DNA of 64,000 bases from Azolla caroliniana (GCA_043228905.1 JBHGNT010000006.1:5270001-5334000); one strand, 5' to 3'. Positions 42,600 through 61,775 are shown, counted from the first letter of the stretch. The notes: a model not told the origin generated them from the letters alone. Made by a program: numbers and translations.

Positions 42600-45500
42600 T
42601 TACCAGATAAATCTCTGAACCCCAGACTCATTAGGATTGAGGAAGGGTCTACGTAGAAACACATACATTGTTGCAAAATTAATCCCAGTGTAGAGGAGAA
42701 TGATGAGGATCCAATATGAGGCATGTTTTGTAGGTGTATGCAATGCAATGAAGTAAAATGGGATGGTATAGTATCTAAATTCTATTAATGGTGCCGGTAC
42801 TAAGACTGCAACTACTGCTACAAAAAATATGCATAGCCAAATCTTTGTCAGCTTCCTTCCTGCAGAATGGCACGGAAAAAATACTAAAGTTTGCAATCAT
42901 ATGACATAGCCAATTGATTCAGTGTAATAAAAACAAGATTATGCAGATTCATTGGAAGAAACTTTCAAGGATTTTGAACACTTTAGGCCATATTTATGAC
43001 AAGGTTTTCTAAACTTTGCCCAAATTTTACAAGAAAATATTGAATTTCATGTAATAACTTTTGCAAAAAAGAAGCTAAAGCTTAAGAGATTAGCCCAAAT
43101 TTCTACACCCTAAAATATAACATATTAAATCACCCAACCGTTTGTATTTAGTATGTTCAATAAGGTTCCATACCTTTAGCCATCATCCTCGTCATTAGCA
43201 CAATCAGTTAAAAAATCAAGTAATGTGGCTTACCAAGAATATTGAAGATTGAGCACCACGAGTAGATGTACATAAGGACCAACAGGTATTTCATGCTTGA
43301 ATGTGCATTTATTACTTTTCTCCAAATGTAGAATGTATAATGCCGATTATCCGCGAGCAAATATGGATGTGCAAAACTGGAAGATGCAGGTTAACTTTTC
43401 AAAATCATTATATGGAACTAATCACTATATTGTTAGTCTTTATTAAAGAATTCCAAATAGCAGAGTGTGCATAAAGAATCGAGAATGAGCTATTAGGTAC
43501 AAAATGTATCATAACATGGAAACTTTTGAAAATCATAATATAATGAAAGAGAAAACAGAAACACACAAATATATCACTGTTTAAAAAAGTAAGAAAAGAA
43601 ATACCTGAAATAATGTACACATGCAAGAGATCCAATGAGAATGGATGCAAGGAAGTTGATGGACCGAGTTTGCATTGCCCTTGAAAATATTTCAATATTC
43701 TCTCTAATAAGAACGAAATCCAAGTGCACGGGTAACATTGCAAACATTGCTGCCGCACCAAAATATAGAACTTGCGTGAAATGAGGAGAAACCTTATGTG
43801 CTTCCTTTGCACCTATATGGAAACGGAGATATGATAATGTATTTAGATTCATAGTACATTAACACCAAACCTCTCATTCACTATATTCTGAAAAAAAAGA
43901 CATGGATTTTACATGGCTGCAGCCTGCAATGGTATAAAAACAAAAGGTTGACATTTTCAGATACTTTAACACCAACCATTTTCAATCGTGATCTGAAAAA
44001 GTTCTGCCATTTGAGATATCTTACCAAGCACAATGCCACCATTGTAGCAGACAAAAATAATGAATATTATGATAGGTATCATCAATGGGGAAAATGTTTT
44101 AATCAAAATTATACGGCTTTGCCAAGCTGCTTGTGTTAGAAATAAGCTTTCCCTGATAAAACCTGCGAAACAATTATGAAACTATTTTTATTGTACAGAT
44201 TCTCTGATAAAACGTACAGAACAATTAAAATTCATGGTAAACTTGAAAGGATAATTTTAGCTATCAATCTCCCCATATCAGACATCATCAGGTTTAATTT
44301 TGAATCAAGAGATTATTGAATGTCTAAATAAAAAATATCCCTGTTTAAGCATCAAATTGCATCCTGGACATACCCTCTGAGGTGGGAGTTTTGTTTTCTG
44401 TATGAGCTGAATATTCTAGACTTTTTCTTTGAGTTTTTTGGCCCAACATATCAGAAAGTCCCCTTCCTGAGCTCGATCGACTAACTTGCTGCTTGTATAT
44501 AAAATCCATTACTCCTATACAAGTAACGAAAATAACCCAAATCACATTTGTTTGCCTGAACAGGATCGCAACAAATCCCAGCTGCACGAATTATAAAAAC
44601 GTTTTAACAGACCACAATGCAAGATCCTCAGATAATTGTCAATGTTTTCGCAGTATACATAATCAGAGGAGCTTTACAATAAATGGGAGGCCACTCACCA
44701 TTGCACTCATCCAATATGATCTCTTCAAGGAAGCTAAATACATAGCAAAGACAGCAGTGGTAGATCCAACATCAGTATAGTAAAGGAACGAAAAGAACCA
44801 GTGTAATGGATAGCATGTCAATGCAAACGCTTTCAGAAATGCGACCTTGTGACTGCTCTCTGACTCGAGATGTAACAAAATTTGCCGAAACAGAACTGCA
44901 CATATGAGAGAGAAAGCAATGTTGATAGATCGAAGGATGAATGTAGAGCATAATTCTGATGGAAAAGAAACCCCCTCTGTGCAATTACGTCCAAAACGTA
45001 AAAGTGATGCATAAAAGAATGTTGCCAAATACCTTTAACAAAGACAATACCAAAAATCAGCATGCAATTTTCTCATATGACATGAAACAAGATTATTTCT
45101 TACATAGCTTTGAAGTTCATGAAAGAAGCAACAAAATGAGATACTTACAGACCAGGAGGGGTTGTAATCATAGGATCCCAACTTTTGAAGTTCCCTTTGC
45201 AATATTGTTGGGCCTGTGGTATGTGAAAGATTTCATCCTAAAATTTTTAAAATCAATCATGTCAATAAAACTTTGGGAAGGAAATTTACCTAAAATATAC
45301 TTATATCTGCATTAGAAATCACAAAAGTATACATTTTTACTTCATAAAGTTACTTATAAATGCTTGGCCAAGGTTAAGGCACCTAAGCAAATCAAAATTA
45401 AGCTTTAAGAATGTAGTTAGGAAAATCAATGAGCAACGAGGTATGTTAGAATATACATTAGTGACTCAAAGATGCCATTAGTGAATTTGACTTACATTTT

Positions 45501-45885
45501 CGAATTCGAGGACAATTAATAATTAAATAATGTAGATTACATAATTAATAATCCTACATTTATTTGAATGCATACAATTAATTGGGACGGTTTGGTTTCC
45601 ACGGGTTAATACGCAATTGAAAGGAACCAACACTGTCACAGAAGAATTTAACATGAAGAATTTGTCACAGAAAGCTCAAATTTTCAATATTTTTTGATGT
45701 ACAGATAGAAGGAACCATAATAAATAAATACATCTTCATGACTACAAGATTCAACACAACCCAGTTCAAAATACTGTCAATAGATGGAAATATACCATGT
45801 AAGGATCTGGTACAGTGCTGTTAACCAAGAAAGCAACTGGAAGAGAAAGGGTTGCCAGGGCAGAGCAGAGCCATAGAACTTTCAT
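42600..45885 (-). CDS. ALG10: Dol-P-Glc:Glc2Man9GlcNAc2-PP-Dol alpha-1,2-glucosyltransferase, 8 exons, ~489 aa
   Basis: Exons (minus) 45885-45796, 45237-45149, 45032-44699, 44581-44374, 44162-44025, 43812-43605, 43376-43234, 42859-42600. Motifs [75 protein letters not shown]. Confidence 0.95.
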
Positions 45886-48423
45886 TGTGTCTTTGGAGAA
45901 CAGAGGCACGTTTAAGAAGATTCAAACACTAGAAAAACAGAGTGAAACGGAGAGGAAACCATTCCCCTGCTTTTAGAGAAGCACAAGGATATTTAGGGGA
46001 ATTTCCATATATGACCCTATTTACTACCTTTATTATATCATGTATATGCCTCTCTAAAGTTAGATGCCTTTGGATTGATGGCTCACCAATACCTTAAAGA
46101 GGAGCAACTGAGCACTAATTGTTTAGCTATACATTGTAAGAAGAAGAGAAGCATGCAATTGACAATGCAAAAATGAAGGGAATGGAAATGATCCAAAAAC
46201 AAGGGAATGATATAGGCCGAGAGTCAATGTCCACCTCAACCCAAAAGAGAAAACACTCTAAACACCATCATTGTGGGTACACAAAAATAACAAGTAACTC
46301 ATACTTAACCAGAACATAATTAAATTGAACTAAGAAGATTGGCATGAACACATGAATAGTTCATTGCGTCATTGACATAGTAGATTGGTTCTCAATAAGC
46401 TAATATTGAAGAAGTAATAAGCTTAAAATGTTGACTCAAGGTTGAGGGTTATCTCTAGATTAACAAAACCAATAATCACTAAACCTAAGGTTGATGTAGC
46501 TTAGAGAGGGGGTTGCATGTAATCATTAGTTGCCACCTTTAAAGGAAATATTTGTTCCTAGTGTATTTCCTTGTGGTGCATTATTGATCTCTAAATTAAA
46601 AAGACCCAAATTGCTATTGCAAAATTATAAGTTATCCTTGTTCTATATATACTCTAGCATTTCACAAGAGTGATATATCTAAACAACAATCAATATGGTA
46701 TCAATGAATTGCACCTTTCAAAACATTTTGGCACTTTTTGCTACTTTGCGGATTTCATCAATTTTGTCAATCAAACCATAAATTGATCACATCGATTATA
46801 TATGAACTTTTTGCATGGTTTAAGTGAACTTGAAATTGATGCATCATAGCAATGGAAGCTTAGGTAGGGTTCAATTTCCCTCCATGTATGATAGAAACAA
46901 AATTTTATGTAGATATATTTTACACGAGTAATTGTGTTCCATTCCTCTTTAGATCCTTGAAACTAAGCATTTTTACAATCCATACCAGCATAACTGAAAT
47001 TTATTATTTAAAAGGGCAACAATAGTGGATTTGCATGCTCTCAAATCTAATTGACTACTAGTGGCTAGTGAGAAATTTCCGTTTTTCAAGCAATTGCTAG
47101 TATCATGGAAGTTATGTGGCAAGGAAAGCAAATCCATAGAAGCAAGATTTTTTAAGGTTAGATCATCATCTTGAAGAAAATCGTAAAACACATGACTAGA
47201 TTATTGCAAGAGAGCAAATGACAAGAAATTGTAGATATCTATATTTTATTGCACCTACCAAAATACTCTTATGACTAAGCATTTTTTTATATATTTTAAG
47301 TTATGAAAGCATTGCTAACATTCACGAATTTGTAATACAATCAATAAAAAACAATATAAATAATTTATCATCCAACTGAGAGTATGGTGGTCATCATAGA
47401 AATAGACATTTCTACAAGTTTAATATTTGAAAGCAATTCAAATAAATTTCTTTAGACTATAATGAGATTATTTTGCCATTTACATTCAAGTAACAAGTAA
47501 AAACAATGATAGAGCACAAAAAACAAAATATTTCAAATGACTTAATACAAGAGACAAAACAAAACAAAAATAGGAACATAAACACATAATGGACATGAAT
47601 GTGTCAGAGACAACAATCCACATGAAGAATCAAGTAATTAGAATTGAATATAAAGAACATACCAAGTCAAGAAAATACAAAAGCTACAACAGAATCTAGC
47701 ATTTGAGTGAATGACTAGAGAGGCCGTAAGCCTTCAAGTCATATGACCATAGATGTTTTACGTAGTGCAAAGATGATAAATAAGGAATTCAAATAGGTGC
47801 TTTTGGCACATTATTGAACGCCATTTCAGGGAGAGCCAGGTAGCTCTAGGTTGAAATGACATCATGCCATAATGAAAAACCCACTTCAAATAATGGAAAA
47901 AAAGGTCCCAATCTACAACACAAATCATAAGAAAATGTTTAGACAACAAATTCACAAAATTGTGTTTTCATTTAAGGTTTTTGAGTTAATGAAATTTCAC
48001 AAATCATCTTCTCTTAGAAGAAAATAACTATATATCTGTACAGTTTTCACAACCCAGGGATTATTTATGACACTATTCTTACGACAGACAACACTACGGT
48101 CAGCATCATACAAAGCTTCTCACTTGGCTGTAATACATTTGAAATTGAGAATATCCTATTCACAAAGTGGACTATAGTTACATTTAAGAAAAACAAAAAC
48201 CGAACAAGATATACATGTATTATTGATGTAATGATACATACTGGCTCCTTTTGACCATTTCACAATGTCAAGCAACATGTACTCCATATATCCTCAAAAT
48301 TGCACCCACAACAATTAGAAACCCAATTTCCATATTCATTTCCAGTTTGCAAGGTAAATTTAATTTATCTCCAAAAAACTGTATCAAAATATGCTGAGGG
48401 TCAAATTATATGTAATCCCATCT

Positions 48424-53432
<5,009 letters not shown>

Positions 53433-53490
53433 CTCCACGCAGCTCTCTCTCTCTGTTTCTCTGTTTCTTTGTTTCTCTGTGTGCTCTACG

Positions 53491-53732
53491 AGCTCTTCGG
53501 TATAACAACACTACATGAGAGAGGGGTATTCTAGTAATTTCTGAAATCTTAGTTAGGTGTTGGCTATCGAACCAAGAAGCTCTTCGGTATATAACATGAG
53601 AGAGGGGTATTCTGGTAATTTCTGAAATCTTAGTTAGGTGTTGGATATCGAACCAAGCTCTTCAGTATATAACAACACTACATGAGAGAGGGGTATTTCG
53701 GTAATTTCTGAAATCTTAGTTAGGTGTTGGCT
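53491..53732. repeat. ~80-88-bp tandem triplication just upstream of the glutaredoxin ATG
   Basis: AGCTCTTCGGTATA...ACATGAGAGAGGGGTATT..GTAATTTCTGAAATCTTAGTTAGGTGTTGG three times. Confidence 0.92.
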
Positions 53733-55691
53733 GTTGCAGCTATTGGAAGGGGGGGGGAGGTATTTTAGTGTTTAATTCCGATCGATCCATCTCAATGAAA
53801 GCAGCCCTATCTCTTCCTAGGACCCTGGCAATACCTACGAGTGCTCTTCTCTTGTACAGTACACACGCACTTGTATACTTCTAAGGTTGTGAACTCAACG
53901 ATCGCCATGGAATGTATTTGTGTATGGACAAATGACCTTCGAGTGATATGGCAGATGGAGCTTAGGTTGTGTGAGGATAATTGTCTTAAGGTAATTCACA
54001 ATTGTATAATTGTGTGTGTGGCAAGTGCTCATCATTGAGCCATTAGGGAGATTTATCAGTGATTCGTGACCCTGCGAACTAGGGACAACTAAGACCTAGG
54101 CAAGATCGAGCATGGGGCATGGTTATTAAACTTTTATAGAAAAGGATCAATATGTTTGTATAAGTGTCATATAATCATTTAATGTTAGTTGGGCATGTGT
54201 TAAGGTGTTAGTGGCATGAATAAAGACAATGGAGGAATGTAAACTGCATGTGGGCAAGTGAAGTTGGGTAATGGCAACAATTCCACATGGTCGTGGCTGA
54301 ACAATGGACAATTGATTGTAACAAATCATGACCACATCTCACCCGTGTGAGTTGTAGAGTTTAGGTGCCCTAAAGTTGTGTCTAACTTCTAGACATAACA
54401 ATAATGGTTTTATATCTAGCTTTTAGAAAGACTATAACTTCCTTTGACTTTCTAGAACGCATTAAACCTTGTCATCTTTCTTTCTTCCTCAAAATTAAGC
54501 CTCTTCCCATCTTGATAGCCACATTCTAAACATCCTTTCACTTTTTGAATGTCTTGAGGTTCTTTCGAAGTGAAGCCATGAAAGTTGAGATCTTTTTGTT
54601 TCACACAATCAATAATGTGGATGTGTGAGTATTTAATGGAACCATTTTACCATTTAGTTATAATGTGCACGAAGCCTCAAATAAGAAAAAACATTAATTA
54701 TCAAATATAAACTGTTGCATAGATTCTACATCATTTCTTTTGTAAAGAAAAAGCAATGGCTAGTTTTCATCTCATTGGTAATGCCTAACCAAGGAAATAA
54801 TCATATACACAATACATTGTTACATGGACGAGTTGTATTCATTAGGAGAAAGCCAATGATTATTTAACCATTTCAAGTACTATTGTACATTATCTACTTG
54901 TGCAAAACATCACTAGTACATGACATGTGGTTTGTTATATTGGGAGGTCATGGTAAGGTAAAGTAGGGTACATCAACCCAAGAGTGAGCAGAGTTGATTC
55001 CCAACTCTTGTACCATAGTGAAGGAAATATGTTGCATCTTCAATTAACGGAAAACCAAGAAAGATTGAGGAAAATAGTTGTGATTGGTTATTTAAATGTG
55101 AAATCATCATCAATATGTTTGGAAACTGATTTAGTTCACTAATGAAGATAGTTATTCACTAGTGATTATACGTAAAACCTTATAGATCTCTCTTTGTCCT
55201 TTTTCAAATTGAGGTCTCATGTTTATCACATAGGTGGACTCTCATTATGGAAGTTTCTCTCTTTACAATCAACAAAGTAAATGCAAAGTTTGCTATTTAG
55301 TTTTAAAACACATAAGTTTTCTCATGGCACATGCAATATTATTTTGTGTATTTATGTATTTGCAATGATCACGTGACTTTGTATTTATACTAAAAAAACA
55401 ACTACCTTTGAGAGAGAAAGAAAAAGATATATTAACGTCTTTTAAGAGGCCGAAATGGCCTACAAGACCAAACAAGAGATTGCATCTTAAGTGTTGTCTG
55501 TTAGAAGTATTGAGAATCGACTAGATATGCACATAGTTACACTCACAAAGATGTATATCGGAAAACAAACTTTATATTACATATGAGAGTAGCCCACAAT
55601 GGTAGTGCACACATGTGCTCACACCTTAGAGCTCAAATGGGATATGGACTAGGTGACTGCAAAATTAGTGGAGACAAATAATAGTCACAAC

Positions 55692-58600
55692 CATATATTG
55701 AAATATTCGCATTCGTGGGGCCTCCCCCACGAATCCCAACGAATGCGTATACGAATATTTCTTCTAATATTCGTTAACTTTTTTTTCCCCCTTTTTTTCC
55801 CCTAATTTTTTTTTTGGAAAAAATTCAGTCGACGAGTAGCGAACAGAGACTTTCTGTTTTCTTGCCTTTCTCTCTCGCCTGCTCCCATTGAAGCTCCAAT
55901 CCTCCTCTGCATCTTCCTGCACGCAATCTCTTCTTCTTCGCAGTCTACAGAAACAACAGATTCAGGTATGCTCTTGCTTCTCCTCTGATTTTCCTGCAAG
56001 AAATATATGCTCTTTCGTGTAGTTTTGTTCTCTCACGAGAGAGAAGAGAGAGAATTTTTTGTTCTCGAATTTGGTTTTCATCGAATTTTTTGTTCTCGAA
56101 TTTGTTCTAGAATTTCATTTCATAAATCATAATTTGTTCCTTGTAGTCAGATTTTGTTTATTCTGCATTATGCAACAAAATATAGAAATGAAAAAATCCA
56201 TGTGCATATGTACTATGAAGAAGTTGCTCTAATAAACAATGCAACCAAAGGAATGAAGAGTCTCCTTTGCTTGTGCATGTTCCAAAGTGCAGAAAAAACC
56301 AAATCAGAGTGCAATGAAAGAACATTGCATTATGGAATAGTTCACTGTCGCCTAATTCTTTTAGTTATTCTCATAGGTTAGGGTCCAGGGAACAACAAAG
56401 GCTGAAGGTTAATTTACACAATGGTGAAACAAAAGAGCTTCGAATGGAATCATGTGGCCATTTTGAGAAAACATGATAAGGGTATGCCTGTTGTTCAATG
56501 CAATCATTGTCACCATGTATTTGTTGGTGGCCCCTTTCGAATCCGAGCTCACTTGTTGGGCTTGAAAGGTTTAGGTGTTGACAAATGCCGTCAAATTGAT
56601 GCTGTTATAAAAGCCGAAGTACAAAAAATGGTATCTGGTTGTGCAAATGTTGACATGAATGATGAGTCATCAATGGAATGTAATGCTGAAAATTGTAGCA
56701 CAAATGTTGATGCGAATGTGGAATCAACGTCTATCAATGAAATGCCTTCATCATCGTTTGGTAATGCATCAAGTAAAAAGATGAAAGTAGACAATGTACC
56801 TTTGAAGATGTTATGGCAAAAGCAACTTGATAAAAATGTTGATGAAGCTATCAGGAGGTTTTTTTTTGTAGAGGATATACCGGATGTAAAAGTGGGAAGT
56901 ACATATTTTCGTGAATTAATAAAAGTTGCGGCACTTGCTGGGCCGTCTTATGAGCCACCATCTCCTTATCAATTGCGCAAAAAGCACTTGAATGAAGAGG
57001 TGAAATATGTTGAAAATGAGATTATGCAAATTAGAGAAAAATGGAAAACTATTGGATGCACTGTTGTGAGCGATGGTTGGTCAGATACCAAGAATAGACC
57101 AATAATTAATGTGATGGCTACTTCTGCGTATGGCACTGTGTTTCTGAAATCAGTTGACACTAGTGGAGAATATAAATCGGGAGAGTATATCTTTAAGATT
57201 TTAAAGGATGTTATTCTTGATATTGGCCCATCAAATGTTGTGCAAGTTTGTATGGACAATGCAACTAATTGTGTAGTAGCTGGGAGGATGATAGAGAAAG
57301 AGTGGCCCATGATCTTTTTTACCAGATGCACATGTCATTGCATCGATTTGTTGTTTGAAGATATTGGAAAATGTGCTTGGGTTCATGATGTTTTGAAATT
57401 AGCTACAAAGGTAATCGTGTTTATTACACGAAAACAATATTCTTTGGCAATGTTTCGTAAGTTTAGTGAGAAAGAATTGTTAAAGCCTTCCACTACTAGA
57501 TTTGCCTATAGTTTTATCATGTTGTCAAACTTATTGGATGACAGAGTCAAAGGTGGATTACGAAGAATGGTGGTTAGTGAACAATGGTGTCAATGGAAAG
57601 GATCAAAAACACAACTAGGAGAAGAAATAGTTTCAATTATACTTGATGTTTCTTTTTGGGCAAATATAAAGAAGATCGTAAAGATATGCAAGCCTATCCT
57701 AAAAGTTCTTAGATTGGCGGATAGAGAAGGTGCAACCATGGGTTTAATTTATGAATGTACTCATCGTATGATAGAAGAAATAAACCACATTGAAGATGTA
57801 GATCGTTTATTGCTTGATGAAATTCGGGAAATATGTATGCAAAGATGGACAATGCTACATTCACCATTGCATGCAACTGGTTTTATTTTACATCCAATTT
57901 GGAGAGAAAAAATTCAAGATATTGATGAGAAGCTGAATACAAGTTGGATGGAAACTATTATGCGGTATACTAATGGTGATATACCTTTATGTGGTGTTTT
58001 ATTAGATGAATTCTATGCTTATAAAACTCAACAAAAGAGTTCATTTCAAGTTCCTATGGCAAATGATCCAACTAGAATGCATGATGCAATTAAGTGGTGG
58101 GAAACATTTGGAGCAAGCACTCCAAACTTAAAAAGGCTTGCAATTCGTGTGCTTTCTCAAGGTTCATGTGCATCTTCTTGTGAAAGAAATTGGAGTACAT
58201 TCTCATCGATACATACAAAAAAAAGAAATAGATTGACTCATGCTCATGTTGAGAAATTGGTTTACATACATGCAAATCATTGTCTCATAAGAAGAATAAA
58301 GGAAAGGGGATTATGCATAATTGAAGCAACATTAGATATGATCAACAAAGAAGAAGATAATGAGAGACTTTTGAGAATGCAAAATCAAGCTATTGATGAA
58401 AATGAAGCTCATAAGGACATTATGGATGAGCTTGAAGATACGGATGATGAATGTGATAGTGCATAGAGTCTTAAGCATTTCGAAGCATTACTTAGAAGTT
58501 AGAAGTTAGAACATAGAATTTAGAAATTACAATATAACGGCTCATAATCGCTTTAATTAAAACTTTTCTTTCTTATGTTAGTGTGATTTTGAAGACCTTC

Positions 58601-58783
58601 CATTTTTCTATAAATTGGTGATTTTTCCTTTTTTTTTTAGTGAATTGAATAATTTTTATTATATAAATTTATTTTCCATAAACGAATGGTTTTATAATAT
58701 TCTTGGAGCAATTTTATATTCTCGAATACTACGAATATTGCGGATGTCGAATACCACGCATATCACGCATGCTTCAATCTATG
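55692..58783 (+). mobile_element. Complete autonomous-type hAT DNA transposon, 3092 bp
   Basis: 8-bp TSD GTCACAAC at 55684-55691 and 58784-58791; 11-bp TIRs CATATATTGAA / TTCAATCTATG (1 mismatch); subterminal CGAAT/ATTCG clusters at both ends. Confidence 0.95.
56421..58466 (+). CDS. hAT transposase (BED zinc finger, DUF659-type catalytic region, hAT dimerisation domain), 681 aa
   Basis: W..CNHC...HL...C BED finger; SDGWSD, MDNA, CTCH, TRF, WWETFG, SCERNWS motifs; uninterrupted ORF. Confidence 0.95.
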   Translation: MVKQKSFEWNHVAILRKHDKGMPVVQCNHCHHVFVGGPFRIRAHLLGLKGLGVDKCRQIDAVIKAEVQKMVSGCANVDMNDESSMECNAENCSTNVDANVESTSINEMPSSSFGNASSKKMKVDNVPLKMLWQKQLDKNVDEAIRRFFFVEDIPDVKVGSTYFRELIKVAALAGPSYEPPSPYQLRKKHLNEEVKYVENEIMQIREKWKTIGCTVVSDGWSDTKNRPIINVMATSAYGTVFLKSVDTSGEYKSGEYIFKILKDVILDIGPSNVVQVCMDNATNCVVAGRMIEKEWPMIFFTRCTCHCIDLLFEDIGKCAWVHDVLKLATKVIVFITRKQYSLAMFRKFSEKELLKPSTTRFAYSFIMLSNLLDDRVKGGLRRMVVSEQWCQWKGSKTQLGEEIVSIILDVSFWANIKKIVKICKPILKVLRLADREGATMGLIYECTHRMIEEINHIEDVDRLLLDEIREICMQRWTMLHSPLHATGFILHPIWREKIQDIDEKLNTSWMETIMRYTNGDIPLCGVLLDEFYAYKTQQKSSFQVPMANDPTRMHDAIKWWETFGASTPNLKRLAIRVLSQGSCASSCERNWSTFSSIHTKKRNRLTHAHVEKLVYIHANHCLIRRIKERGLCIIEATLDMINKEEDNERLLRMQNQAIDENEAHKDIMDELEDTDDECDSA

Positions 58784-60028
58784 GTCACAACCACTATGTG
58801 AGAGAAAGAGAGTGGACATTTATATTCTCAGTTTGGTATTATGTAGTGCCACATTAAATATGCAAGTCAATACATAATAGTGGGGATATTCCTTTTCCGT
58901 CAACTTACTTGTTTAATATGACCTAGCTCCCTAGATACAAACTAGTGCTAGATAGTACTTATCTTAAGTCAATGACACATACTTCAAGACTAAGTACATC
59001 TTAACTTGCCCATAGAGAATATTTTTCTAGTCGACCAGACTAGTCAATCATATTACCCAACATTCGTCTTTCCTAAGTACATTTTGTCATACTCATCTAT
59101 GATTTCCTACATTGACACCTCATCGACCCATATGGTCGGGTTGCACATTAGTTACTCATTTGGAATGTGATCTCAAAATGTGCACTCTAAGAAGACATGT
59201 GGGGATAATTTGACAACTTAGGGTTAATCATTGATTATATGATACATTGAACATTGTATCATCATTAACAACAATAAATCTAAATAAATAAATAAATCTT
59301 ACTAAGTAAAAAAAAAGTAAAAAAGATAAAAAGAGACTAAATTATCTTGTCATTGGTACATCTAAAACTCTCAAAGTCATATATATTGTATTTTTTGTCT
59401 TTGAAAGCTCTCTAGCATAGGTGGATCCAAAATGAAGAGGTCTTTGAAGCAACGAAACTCTTGTGATGGGGGGAGATAATGGTCTTTATCTCTTGATGAC
59501 AAACAAGCATGGTGAGATTGTGGTCCACGCGGTTGGGGCCTATGTGTCCAATCTATTATAACCCCTTTGTTATGTCCTAGTCGAGAGCCCATTTGTGTAA
59601 CCCTTTATTGACTTGCAACATGAGATGGGGTCAAAGAAAGCTATGGTTGTTCTTTGTTAATGAGGTTGTGTGGTTGTATGGTTGTCCTTCAATAACTTTT
59701 CATGTCTCTTGAGTTCTAACCAGGAAAGCCCTAAACATCATTTGTCCTCATATTCCATTACCATGCATAATGTTTGAAAGTCTTGTTTAAAGGGACAATG
59801 ACAAACATAGTGTTCTTCATATTCCACTCCTTGATGACACTATTAGCAAATTCGAGTTGCCCTATCACATTGGATAGATGCATATCCATATAAGATAGGT
59901 CAATGATGAATCCATATTGTTACATGTCATGCTATGGGAAATGCATAGAAGGAAATAAGTTAAAATAGAATATCAGAAAGACTAAATGATAGGTTGAGGG
60001 TGTGGTAAGAAATAAATAGTATTGGTTA

Positions 60029-60073
60029 AAGGATTAGCTCAATTGGTAAAAGTGGGAGGTTAAAGGTTCAAGT
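60029..60073 (+). other. tRNA/SINE-like relic
   Basis: GGATTAGCTCAATTGGTAAA (A-box-like) and GGTTCAAGT (B-box-like); too short for a cloverleaf. Confidence 0.3.
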
Positions 60074-60631
60074 GAATTAATATATTATAATTTATGATTA
60101 TCTTTTTGCTAGCATCACGCGCCAAGAGGCAAAAGTAGTGCATACAAGTGAAAAATTTAAAAAAATGGTGTGTTAAAATAAAAAAGCGTCAAGACGGAAA
60201 ACACCTACTAATTTTATTCGTGCTAAAATAAAAAAACACCTACTAATTTTATTCGTGGGAAAGCCTCTTGAATCCTATAAAGAAGCTCCACTCATGAACT
60301 TATCTTCTCTATTTATTCTTTTCTTTTTCATCACCTTCTTCTTCTCCTCAACGCACTTGAGGTCTTAGGGTTTTATTTTCTTCATCTTCATGAATTTTAG
60401 GGTTCTTAGATCTTGTTTTATTTCTAAAAAATTACCACTGAACTTGTAATTATTTATCCCAAAATCTTGTAAACCTTATTTAATAAAGGGAATTTCTTTC
60501 TTAATCCAGCATTCTCAACCTACAAAGTGGCCAAACTAGACTTAATATTGTGAAATCCATTTGTAATCTCATGCCCTATGGGCTATTCACATGTTTTGTT
60601 ATTAACCTCGGGCATTAATAGTTTTCTAATT

Positions 60632-60747
60632 GAGGAAGGAAGGGTTTGTTTAAGTTTTACACATTGTAGTTAGTATCTCAAAAGATCTTGACAACCACTC
60701 TTGTTTGTTTCGTCAACTATAGAGTAAAAGATAATTTGAGTTCACAA
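60632..60747 (+). repeat. 116-bp dispersed repeat, copy 2
   Basis: Matches 38067-38182 with 2 mismatches. Confidence 0.9.
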
Positions 60748-61534
60748 TGTCCTCTTAATATATAAACACTAGCACTCCTAATAATTGGAATTACATTTCC
60801 TTTGTCAAATGACTAACATGCATATGATTGTGGATTATGTAAGGAATTGAACAATAAATTATAACAAATAGATACGAAGAAGGCATATGATCATGTAAAT
60901 TGGTCATTTATTGTCCAACTTATATCTCTTATGGGTTTCAATAGAAGGATGTCATGCCTCACTCTCAAGTTGGGGTTAGTTGCAATGTCACATGGTATGC
61001 TAAAAGATGGAATGACTAGGATGATACTTTTGACACATTAGTATGAGAAGGATGCCCCTTGAGCCCTTGACTAGTTATTTATGCTTGTTAACAATGCATA
61101 ACATGGCAAAATGTGAGGAAATTGTTTGAATTGCTCTCTCGTTAAGGATACAATTGATCATTCAAGTAGCGGCAAATGATTTCTTCTTGTTTATAAAACA
61201 TCTATCTACAAATATAGTTAAAGCCATGGAATTACGTAATTGTATTTGGCTTGACACTAATTCATTGTATTGAAGTCACATATAGTTCTTTATTCATTTC
61301 AAATTTCTCATTTTAGTTTCGGCACATTTTCATTTGTACCAAATACAAGGCTTCTAAAGACCACCATTAGCTATTTGTTTCACAACTTATTTCCAATATA
61401 AGCTCCTTTCAATACACAACCCATGATCATCATAATTGTCAAGAACAATTACAAGCTCTGCTTTGTAGAGATTTTGGTTATACACATTCCCTTGTAGCAC
61501 CCATCATTTGTCATCACAAAAGTCGTTAAACATC

Positions 61535-61775
61535 CAAGTGTCTTTGTAATCCATTGACACTTGAGAATAGAACCACATCAACAAAATAGTGTTTCATCTC
61601 CTCCATGAGCTGCAATTAAAGCTGATTTATAACGAAGACAAACAATGTAAAAGTTTGGAGATTTTCAAGTGTCTTGGTAATCCATCCACATATCTCAAAA
61701 ATAGAACCACATCATCAACATACGCAATCACATAACCATACAATCATGTTTCATCTCCCCCATGAGCTCCAATTT
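61535..61775. repeat. Imperfect tandem duplication
   Basis: CAAGTGTCTT.GTAATCCAT...AATAGAACCACATCA...TGTTTCATCTCC.CCATGAGCT.CAATT twice. Confidence 0.7.

Noticed and set aside
44025-44162. Apparent frameshift in ALG10 exon 5
   Set aside because: Careful reverse-complement translation is open and in phase (GFIRES...NGGIVLG).
60029-60073. Functional tRNA gene
   Set aside because: No acceptor or anticodon stems can be formed, and the box spacing is too short.
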